Source: Laetmonice hystrix
Lineage: Eukaryota
Length of the DNA stretch: 64,000 bases
Reading direction: 5' to 3'
Assembly: GCA_965235115.1 (NCBI GenBank)
Contig: OZ249440.1
Coordinates: 25,110,001 to 25,174,000, forward strand
The notes below the pieces were generated by a model. The model searched no databases and was not told the origin of the DNA. It worked only from the letters and a program-made list of their open reading frames with translations. Positions 47,931 through 58,300 of the stretch are shown here, in pieces. How positions within the stretch are numbered: position 1 is the stretch's first letter; every line of letters begins with the position of its first letter. The position numbers and the translations under genes are program-made.

Positions 47931-48000
47931 GAAAAAGACTGGACCGGCTAAGAAAACGTTACCAAAGAGAACCAAGTTCAGGCCTCCTAGCTTTACACCT
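47931..48000 (+). CDS. TACC: Constant TACC exon (KKTGPAKKTLPKRTKFRPPSFTP), basic NLS-like
   Basis: Acceptor ttgtttttattag|; donor CCT|GTAAGT; phase 2 in, 0 out, bridging 43921 to 48477 exactly. Confidence 0.8.
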
Positions 48001-48182
48001 GTAAGTATCAACACGTACTTGGTCAAATAAATATTAAGGCGAACAGTTGTTATTGTAAACAGTTTTGAAGAAAAATTCATGCCAGCATTTGTGAAAAATC
48101 ATGGCCTCAACTTAGAAATTTCGTTTAATAAATCGTCAATGGCGGTTCGTTAGATGCTCACCCCCATGTATACAATGATTTA

Positions 48183-48395
48183 AGCCGGGAACCCACTATG
48201 CGATTTGAGATCGCAGGCTCTACGATTTTAAAATCGTATGAGCCTGCGACAAAATATCAAACATGTTTGATCTGAAATCGTAGCTGAATCGCAGGGCCTG
48301 CGATCTGGAATCGTAAGTGGCACCGGAACCCATTATGCGACAAATGGTCACGACATGAATCGTACCTGAATCGTACCCCATAGTGGGTTCCGGCT
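48183..48395. mobile_element. PIF/Harbinger-like MITE
   Basis: TIR agcc(g)ggaacccactatg / catagtgggttccggct; TTA/TTT flanks; internal GCGAT/ATCGC/ATCGT repeats. Confidence 0.7.
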
Positions 48396-48476
48396 TTTAG
48401 TCTATAAATTATAATTTTTTCAAGCCAGTAGATATACCAAGCTTGAATTGACTTTTTCACCCTGTGATGTGTTTAG

Positions 48477-48792
48477 AGTGACGGCGGTGACGATGTGCAG
48501 ATATTCGTGCCAGGGGAGCCACCGGCCCGGTCTGAGACGACCCCGCCGGGCGGTGACACCGGCCCGTCCCCCACCACCACCACGGCGGGTCCCACCCCGG
48601 CACAGGTCACCCCGCCTGAGGGCGACGATCACCTTCAAACCTCACCCAGCCCGCCCGCCACCGAGCCTGGATTACCGACTGACGGGACGGCGGTGGCGGC
48701 GGCGGCCGGGGGGCCGTTCGGGAGTACCTTTCCTGATCAGAATGGAGCCCTCGACGAGTTCGATGATGAAGAATTCCTGCCAGCTTCAGAAG
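48477..48792 (+). CDS. TACC: Constant TACC exon (SDGGDDVQIFVPGE...GALDEFDDEEFLPASE)
   Basis: Acceptor gatgtgtttag|; donor AAG|GTGAGT; phase 0 in, 1 out. Confidence 0.8.
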
Positions 48793-49370
48793 GTGAGTCA
48801 AAGTCTATATATCAAAGTGACAATCTATAGACTAGCAAAGTATGTATACATGATTAATGGCAATCGGCTATGTAAAATAAGCAGTGTGTAGGACTTCAGA
48901 GGTGTGAGAAGGATAATTAATCGAGCTCTGTGGTTTGATGGCAAGTCACTATCAACCGTCCAAATACCTTAAAAATGCAAGAATTATTTAATATAACTAG
49001 CAGGAAATGGTTGACAAAATTGGCTAACTAAATTAAACTTTATAAAAACTGTATTGAGAAAATTTCAAGGATGACTCGGTCAATGCACGACCCGAATGTG
49101 ATCTGCTGGCGTCCAGATGTGCCTATGTCGACATTTATATCCATATCTATATTGGTATCCCGAAAGGGGTTTGTTGTGAGAAATAAACTTATTATCAACG
49201 TGGATAAATGGGCAGGTCCTCTTGATGGTGTAATATTTCTTGTTGCCACCTTGTGGCAGCACCATACATATGAGGCCTTCATGAAGGAATATCTCACCTA
49301 AACAACTAGGCTGGTTGTCTTAGTGCTAATTACCTGTGACTAAGCAGGATGATGTTTTGTTTGGCTACAG

Positions 49371-49397
49371 TGTTCCCACCCTCAGCGGAACCTCCCG
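49371..49397 (+). CDS. TACC: Candidate 27-nt symmetric exon (VFPPSAEPP)
   Basis: gttttgtttggctacag|...CCG|gtaaga; phase 1/1, in frame after ...PASE. Confidence 0.45.
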
Positions 49398-49718
49398 GTA
49401 AGATGTGTTTGTCATTGATCGGGTAATGTTGTCTCTCCTCTCCTCCTGTTGTCTGCTGCTGCTGTACCTCCGACTTCGGAGGATGTGCTTGGTTGTGCAG
49501 GATCTCAACTAACGGAACGTTGGGGTAGGGATGTTAAAAAAAACAATTGACAAAGATTGGGATTGGTCATTGGTAAAAACAATCGTGTAGAGGTGACCGC
49601 AGGAACTCGTCATTCTACCAAGGATCCTTGATTCTTCCCATCTCTGCTGTAGCCTTGCTTCTAACACTTACAACCAAGTGTTGTGCAGTCGTCCCTGTGC
49701 GCCCTGTGGAGAGAACAG

Positions 49719-50138
49719 CAGCCCTCCTAACGCTCCTATATTTCGTAGATTTTCCTATACATGTTCTTTAATTTTGTTTCGGTATTTTGAATTTGAGAAA
49801 AGTCCTATATTTCCTATATTTTTGAAAGAAAAAAAAGCGCGAGACTTTGACAGTTTTAAAATAGGTTTGGACACTCCGCTGTTTTTTTGCCTATGGATGA
49901 TTAGAATTTGCCAAATAAAATGGGTAGATCTGCTTTAGTGAATACTGCTGTTATATTTGAGTGTAACAATTCATGTGGGCCATAGATGGCCATTATATCA
50001 AATGTTACTGTACAGTTACATACAAATAGCTCTCTCCAGCTTCTATCTTCCTAAACTTTGTAGAAAAGTTGCTCTTTTTTCCTATATTTTTATAAAGAAA
50101 TCTTTCGCTATTTTTGTGAGGGGCCATTAGGAGGGCTG
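49719..50138. mobile_element. hAT-like MITE (CAGCCCTCCTAA TIRs)
   Basis: Perfect 12-bp TIR; near-TSD GAACAG/GAACCG; subterminal tcctata repeats. Confidence 0.65.
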
Positions 50139-51336
50139 GAACCGTTACCAACAAGCCGCTCTTGCTGTTCGTAGCCAATAGAATGATGATCGTCAATTTC
50201 AGTGGGCACTTCTAAAGGCAGACTTGAGATAAAACGACAAACAATAAGTAATCGATGAAAACAGGAAAATTGCGTACAATGAAGGCTCCTCTTAATGACC
50301 AGAGATGTTTACCTTTGACGGGAGGGAAGCATATAAAGACACAGAGTGAGGGGCCCTTTCAAGCTAACTGCGTCATGTCGTTGATGATGGTGTGTGCACA
50401 TATTAAATTTATGTTTGTTCATTCACTTACAGAAATTTACAAAACAAAAAGATAACAGCGTTGCTTTTATAAGTGGCAGTATTTGTCATTACTCAATGAA
50501 AGGTGTATTGAAATTACTGATTATGGAATGCCTGTTTATGCATCGTCCTTATTGCATGTTCGTCTGTTCCATGTCAGGATTATGACGTTGTAAGCAGTAA
50601 TATGTTGTGAGTTGACGTTGTAAATAATCACAAATCTATAGTATATTGTGATATCTTGGTGGTTTTACGGCCCCAAATGTTCGGCATCTCATGTACAGTA
50701 CCAGTCATCCTGTGATCCATGTCCTGTGGACGTGTGGATTAGTTTGATGACTGTGACCGGAGTATTATTAGCAGCACCCGGTCAGTAGGTTTCGGAGTCT
50801 GGGTTGCGTTTCTCAACTTATTCTGTCGTACGTTAAAATCCCTATTGAAAATGCATTGGCGTTAACGATACGACAAGCTAACGGCATGACGAGAAACGCA
50901 CCCCATGGCTTGTTGTCTCTCACCGTTTGTGACTCCATGCAGTCAGGTTGACATCTTGTCTATCTCAGTCAAGGCGTAGGGCAGGCGATTGTCAGACACG
51001 TTTAACGACATGTCGCAACTTGATGTCACTCTGGATCTCAGTATTTTAATCAATGTTGTTAGTGAGCTGAGACTAGGTTTCCATAACGATCAAGTGTAGC
51101 TGACGTGGAGGAGGGGGCGGGCGGGCGGAGGCTGTTGAATAGATTAAGTGTGGAGGTGGTGATGACAGTAGGTGTCTGTGTGGGGCTGGCTGTAGGTGGG
51201 TGGGTACGGCTACGTCAGCCCCCGTCAGCCCCGAGGTGAACAGTGAGAACCAGAGGTGGGGATCAGACGGGCGGTGGACGGCTACAAGAGCACACTCACC
51301 TTGGGACTGAGCTGGGTGAGCAACCAGACTGGCACC

Positions 51337-51367
51337 ATGTCGGCTACACAGGTCTGCCGGCCAGCAG
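51337..51367 (+). CDS. TACC: Candidate internal alternative first exon (MSATQVCRPA) for a short isoform
   Basis: Kozak ACCATG; donor CAG|GTGAGA in phase 1, matching the phase of the intron it lies in. Confidence 0.35.
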
Positions 51368-52116
51368 GTGAGATCAGGATATATCACTCCAGTGTGTAGA
51401 CTGTCAGCCGTACGAGCTGGAGGTATCGGAGGGGGGTCCTCCAGTAGGCTGCCATCTTCAGCAGGCCGCAACCTGCTGGAGGCAAGACGCCCTGACTGCC
51501 TACCTCCAGGAGCTTTCTTTGTATTCTAATTTATGTTTCTCCAGGAAGGTTGCCAGTGCTGAGTCGGACAGGGCAGCAAGAGATAAATTACTATTGATGC
51601 TTAATGTTATTTTATATGAGGTAATTAGATTACATTCATCGATTGGTGAATCGGTAGGAATGATGAGTATTAGAGAGGTATTGTTTGAGGTCAGACTGAT
51701 CATATTTATTGGCGTCCTATATGTAGACATCCTTCTACCTGCAGGCGCCACTGGATGGCCAGACGTCAGGCCCGGTCAGGTCATGGGGGGGGGGGGGGGG
51801 GGGTGACAATCTCCACACATAATGTGTGGGTATTTAATACGACATTGTCTTCTGGTATCATTGTCCGCTCTTAGCTAAATTCGCTGCATTGGGAGTGGGG
51901 GGTGGGGGTGGGGGGGCTGAGGGATCGATCCCTGACCTTGTGCATGTCGCACTCCTGCCTGCACAGCGGATTATAGCTGACCACCGGCGCCGGGTTCCAA
52001 CTGATACAGCCTCTTGCCCGTTTCCACCTGACGGGAGGGGGGGGGGGGGGGGGGGTCCGGTTGACGGCCACCTGTTGATCCCTGCCTGGGGCGTGACACC
52101 TGGCTCGGCCCCACTG

Positions 52117-52540
52117 GAGCTGGGCCGGGCGAACTATTACCTCGTTAGCTGGGCCGGGCGGAACTGACACCTCCTGAGCTGGGCTGGGCGGCACTGTTAC
52201 CTCTTGAGCTGGGCCGGACGGTACTGTTACCTCGTGAGCTGGGCCGGGCGGAACTATTACCTCCTGAGCTGGGCCGGGCGGCACTGTTACCTCCTGAGCT
52301 GGGCCGGGCAGCACTGTTACCTCCTGAGCTGGGCCGGGCGGCACTGTTACCTCCTGAGCTGGGCCGGGCGGCACTGTTACCTCCTGAGCTGGGCCGGGCG
52401 GAACTATTACCTCCTGAGCTGGGACGGACGGCACTGTTAATTCCTGAGCTGGGCCGTGCGGCACTCTTAATTCCTGAGCTGGGCCGGGCGGCACTGTTGC
52501 CTCGTGAGCTGGACCGGGCGGCACTGGTACCTCCTGACAT
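52117..52540. repeat. 30-bp GC-rich minisatellite, about 14 copies
   Basis: gagctgggccgggcggcactgttacctcct repeated. Confidence 0.95.
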
Positions 52541-52783
52541 GGGCCGGGGGTCAAGGTGACCATCACCACTGGAGTACCGTTTCGGTCACGTCATGATTCG
52601 ACTAGTTCAGACCGTGTCCGACAGGTGGCGCGGCCAGCGGGCCACCTGCTGGCCAGGATGTGTTTAATGAAAGTCTGACGTGTGTTTAGACTGAACCAGC
52701 CGCTGTATGTGATTAACCCGCGAGACATGAGTCTCTGGTCACGCTCCAGGTGAGCACCCCCCCCCCTCCTCATTGTCTCACAG

Positions 52784-52813
52784 GCCCGTACCTCATCGAT
52801 CCCAACCGATCAG
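52784..52813 (+). CDS. Candidate 30-nt symmetric exon (GPYLIDPNRS)
   Basis: ctcctcattgtctcacag|...CAG|gtaatc; phase 1/1 and open. Confidence 0.3.
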
Positions 52814-53632
52814 GTAATCAATACTAGACCCAGATGAATGATGAGCTCCTCTCTCTGCCCGACGAGCTCGGTTCGGGTCTGTGGACAAGGCAGCAACGTG
52901 TGACAGGCTCAGTGAGTGATTATTGATAAACTACAGGTGTGTTGTCCCATTGGTCGGCCGACTGAACCAGGCCACCACCTCTGTGACCAGGCTGTGTTTG
53001 TGAGACCTGTACCAGGAGATGGACTGACGGAGGGGCTGGCTCCCAGTGGACCCTCACAGACAGGTGGCGCTCTGACCGGTGGGCAGGTACAGGGATCTGT
53101 AGATGTCCAGCCGGGACTGGTCAGTCAGGCAGGACACTGACCGGCACACACTGAGGGTCAAAGTCGACGCCGTGAGAGGGATGCACTCAGAGGGCTGTTT
53201 TACCAGGGTGGATAGTGGTCAGTCATCAACTTTTGATCATGTGGAAAAATGCCGGAGACAAGGGAGGAAGGAATTTACTGACAACTTCATGTTAACTGTG
53301 GATTGTTACGAAAGTAGGAATCTTCCACAGTTAACTGTGTTGTTTTGGATGCTAGCACTGGACATTTCACGCCAGCTTCTTTCGAGAACTTCCCCCTCCA
53401 GGATTATGGAAGCTACCGGTGGTACGACCATTGATGCTCAATGGGAACACTGGTAATCAACATATTGATTCCTTCTCGTCCTGCGGTCCCTCTGTCTATA
53501 AGTATAACTGGACGTTTACGGAGTCTCCACATGGCATACCCTACACCTGGTCGCGACATGCCACCAGCTGGACCCGGTTCAAGGTTGATCAGTGTTCGGT
53601 AAAAGTGAAGCCATGTAAGCTGCCCTCGGCCT

Positions 53633-53646
53633 GTTGTCATGGAGAC
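53633..53646 (+). promoter_or_regulatory. RFX X-box-like site with a full CRE about 80 nt downstream
   Basis: GTTGTCATGGAGAC; TGACGTCA at 53726-53733. Confidence 0.45.
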
Positions 53647-55301
53647 CGGTGATGGGCGACCAGTGCCGCGCTGTCAGAGACAGAAGAAAGTTTGACGTTA
53701 TGAAACTTGTCACGACGTCCCCGTCTGACGTCACCACTGGCAGACGATCGTGGAAGGTACGCAGGCGCAATGGTCACACACAGCCAACGGGGCCCATGAA
53801 AGGTACGAGTGAAACCGGGCTGGTATTCTGTCTCCCAAACCACAAGTGGGATTGTAATTCTACAGGAAAGTTATTTTTCCCTACATTATCGACATTTAAA
53901 TAGGTTATGGTCGAAGAAGTGGCTAAACATTATATTATTTATTACCGACACGTAACACATGCTCACACATACTGGCTGCCACTAGTGCCAGGCGAGCTAA
54001 CAACGTATTCATTAAAGTTGAAAAAGGTTGCGCGTGCTCATTATATTGGGGGGGGGGGGGAGAAATCAACATGGACTGAAGGCACAATAATTTTACAGCC
54101 ATGCGAAGTGTGACCTGTTGTTGAGTAGGCGAATTTTAAACGTGGAAAAGAGTAATCAAAACATCAGCTATATTTGTGATGACGACTTTATTATTCTTTA
54201 TGTATTACTCAGTCCATAACCTCAGAGTGCTCGTACCAATGTGACCAGACCCAGCCAGACCATACCACAGGAAGGGCGGCCAGACACAAGTAAAGCAGAC
54301 AGCTGGCAAAGCTTACAATCCAATTAGAAAACTGGCGGCGCTGGCCCATGGAGGGCTTGGTCTTGGTCAAGGGTCGGCGGGTGGGTGCTGTACCTGTTAG
54401 AAATTCCTGTGTATCTGTACACATGGTGATTCCGGTGTTTTAGCCCGGAGTTGTAGGTGTGTGAATCGATCTAATAACCTAATAACCTGACTGGTGGGTC
54501 CTGATGTCAGGTATGCCGGAATGTGTCAAACTGACCGGGATGTGTCAATTCTCGGCCTGTGTGTCGAGTGGGTTGTATTTCATTAACTACAATGTGCTCC
54601 ATGTTGGGACTGTGTGAGGGAAAGTCCAACCTTGGCGGCACTAATGGCTGACGGTACCAGCCGATTCAGGGTTGTTACAGGGAAATTCCTTCAAAGGCGG
54701 GAAGGGTTTCGATGTGATTTGAGACATTGACAAGTCTTTGATTGAATACTCGATACGTTTGTTCTATCAGAGATGGGGTTTTGTTGAGGCCACTTTGGGT
54801 TGGATAAGCATAACCTTGCTGTGCCGCCAATGTCACCAACAGGGGTTGATTTTAACTTTGTATGCTTGACCTTTTCACATCATGGTACTTTAGATGATAA
54901 AGACAATCAATATATGATCGATATTGAAAACCATTATTGCCGTGAACCCGCAATGTGCCTAACTACGTGGGTATTACTATAGTTGAATCATTGGATTTAC
55001 TTTAAAAAATGCAGTTTTGTGGTGTCTGTCTGTTTCGTAAACCGCAGTGGATGTAGCATAATTTTCTCTGGTAATTAAAGTTTTTCAGATTTAACAAACC
55101 CAGGTCTAGTCCCCAAAGCGCTGAGTTGACCCAGGAGAATGGAAGTTGACACACTCAGTGGTATATTATTGTTTTTGAGGAGTGAGATTATGATTTGTTG
55201 ACATGGCAGCAGAACCAATGTTGAGTGCTCATAGGCCAAGCCGGTGGCGCCGACTGGTGTCGAAACGATGTCTGTCGTATTGTGTACGGATGCAGCTGAC
55301 G

Positions 55302-55315
55302 GTTGCTATGGTGAC
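55302..55315 (+). promoter_or_regulatory. RFX X-box-like site in a GC-rich island
   Basis: GTTGCTATGGTGAC. Confidence 0.5.
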
Positions 55316-58300
55316 AGCGAACAGCATGAATGGCCTCATTATGGGTAAACCCGATGGTGGTTCCCCCTAGTGGGCCTGTCCCGCGTTATGTGAGTGCGCG
55401 CGTGATGCCACACCCACACAGCTGGCCACTGTGGCGCTTCAGTCATTGATCGACCCCCCCCCCCCTCCAACCGCCTCCCTGCCAGCCTCCGCGGCATGTG
55501 TAGGCTGTGTAAGGTAGTCTACATCACATGATGTAGCACAGCTCGTGTAGGTAATCTACTTCAACGAGATCTCCATCTCTACAGCCTCTTTCAGCAGCGC
55601 TGTTGTTGAGGTTACTATTACTGCGTATTCATGGATACGACACTGAAAATAGTGCGTTATCTCGATTACCCCACGAAGTTAGTCCCTACACATTTAGTAC
55701 TCCCCACAACAAGAATAAGAAACAGATGGGAAATTTGAAACATTCATTTGATTGACGAATTAACCGGAACTTTCTCTTCCGAACCCCCGATCTTTTAGGC
55801 GGGTGAAGGTATTCCCTAAATATTTATAAAAATCCAAACCTGAGATATTTGATCAGACAATGGAGGAAGCTGTCCGTTTTGCCCTGTGTGTGTGTGTCAC
55901 CCAGAGCCGGAGAGACTGATCACTGTTGACGATATCACACTCCCGTCAGGTGGAATCTCTAACGGTTCTGTCTCAGTGACGGCTGGGACAGACCATAGCC
56001 GAGTTGGGAGCGTGTCAGGACAGAGAGGCAGCAGGCAGTGCGGGTCAGGCGGTGGTGGTCCTCACTGTGAGGGACTCGTAGAGAAAGCCTGTACCGGGAC
56101 AGCATCAGGAATATATGTTATTGTCGCCATACGTCAGGAACAGTTTACAACAACCGAGGACGGACAGGGAGAGGCTAGCCCTGGGGTTTACTGTGGAGGA
56201 ACGCAGTCAGCTGCTGGAGATGTGTTGGAGGTAAGCGCCAGGCGACGCCTCAATGACAGAAACGTTGGGGGAGAATTATTGACAGGCTACGCCTCCAAGA
56301 AACGGCAATGTTTGTACGGTAGTGTGGTCGCCAAGTCGTTGTTGACATTTTCCATAGTCCAGGAAATTACAGAGTTTGGGGCCAGCCATCGAGCAGCAGC
56401 ATGAATCTCTGGAATCATGGTTGAGAGAGAGGAATATTGTTTGGTTGAGATTCATTTGTCGGGGAAGAGATGGATAATTAATGACGTTTGAGGGGTTTAT
56501 GCGTGACATGCAGATGTTTAGATGGATGGCTGGGATGTGCAGATTGTGACTGGCAATTGATGGAGAGCATCTCGAGTAGTCAAATATAGACCACTGGCAT
56601 GTCAGGGAGAGTGGTGTTAAAATACCAGCACTGCATTGTAAAGAGAATGTTACTGGGAGATCAACGGATTGCTGAGATCTATGCAGTGAGGTCATTCTCG
56701 GGAAATGGCCCACATTATGGCCTGGTTGTTGTATGTCGATTGATCAGTATGATACTGGCCCAGCTGTGTCAAGGGTATGCAGTGGGCTCAGAGGCTGGCC
56801 GACCAGGTAAGCGCTGGGCCAGGTATTGGGGTATTTTTTTAAATGTCACCTGCACAGGTGTCTGTGGGCTGAGTACAAAGGTTCGGCTATAATGGCCTGC
56901 AGCAAGCTGAGCTCAGGCACCTGATATCGGTGAGTCTGTGGCGTCGGCTGCTGGCGTCGGCCTGTGGCGTCGGCTGCTGGCGTCGGCCTGTGGCGTCGGC
57001 TGATGGCGCCAGTAGGTCGGACGGCAACGACTGCTAATATAAGGGGAATTCTTGTATATTAGTGGGCGAGGGAGTCCTGGGGAGATGGATTTTTGTGGGG
57101 GGTGCTGGATGACTGGTGTAGATATATTCGATGGAGTATGACTGCAGAGGTAGATCTTAAAATAGCACTCCAAATTCCTTGAATACTTCTTTGAACAGCA
57201 GTAACAGTATGTTAAAATTTCAGGTTTAAGCAATAAGTGAAAGTATTTTAGAGTTACCGTTCGGTCTGACCGCTATTTTCTGAGGCCAGTGCAGGCTGAG
57301 AGCATGCATGATGAGACTTGGAAAGGACAGCGGAGACATATTTTTCCATTCTATTTATTACTTTCACTTAGTGTTCGAACCAGAAATTTTAACATGGTGT
57401 CACGGAGGGTTCAAAGGTAAGTAGTTGAGGAATTTGGGGTGCCAACTGCAAAATGCTTGATTTCGATCTAAGTGCTGACTGGAAAGACACAAGTATGGAT
57501 AATGAAAACACTCAACAGAGGTGAGTTAATGGATGATGACGTGATATTGGAGAGGTTAGGGATTAATGACTACAGAGGAGATACAATGTACGTTAGGCTT
57601 TCTAGACATGTTCGATTTGAGATCAGAATAGATCAGACATGACCTGTCATTCGACTGAAGGATTTCTTGGTTCTCTTTTTGTTCCAAAATGTATCATCCT
57701 CCTTAGTCAAAAATAATTTAGACAGTTAATTTAATAATATAATAATTATTATCTTATTTTCGACATCATCACCATTGAGCGATAAGATATCTATATAGAC
57801 CATCCCTTTAACTTTGACACTAAATAAATTTAGTGGCAGTGCCGATTTTACTTCTGTAAGACAGGATTCTATTATTGTCAACCAATCTATTTTACAACTG
57901 CTAACAGATGCTATCAAGAAGACTTCTACAACATAGAGCTTTTTTTTAGCTCTACAGACCCCTTCCCCCTCCTCCCCGGAGTCAGTCCAGAATGAGCCAG
58001 GGGCAGAGGTCGTTCAACCATGAGTTGATGGAATCAATGTGTCAGTCCGGGGCTGGTTCACCACGATCTCCGCATGTAGCACTTCAAACTTTTATATCCT
58101 ACTCTTTGAGCAATTCCATTTGCCAGTCCCATTAAGGACTCCATTTGCCTAGCTCATTTAGAATTCTGTATAGCGGTCTTAATTTAACTAGCCATTCCAG
58201 AACTAGCACTTTCGTTTTAACAATTCTACTTGGGTGTTTCATTTAGTACCATGGCAGTACCAGGTGATCAGGAACGTAGCATACACCTGACTATGAACTA

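Noticed and set aside
48448-48891. Alternative open frame (Arg/Pro-rich) over the 48477 exon
   Set aside because: The phase-0 junction from 48000 selects the SDGG...EFDDEEFLPASE frame; the other frame looks like a GC-rich shadow.
51871-52569. 232-aa minus-strand ORF (VTVPPGPAQE repeats)
   Set aside because: 30-bp satellite; no splice or start context and no family motif.
52690-52749. Possible 60-nt exon (ttag|...CAG|gtgagc)
   Set aside because: It has an immediate stop in phase 1, the phase of this intron, and its donor lies only 34 nt before the next acceptor.
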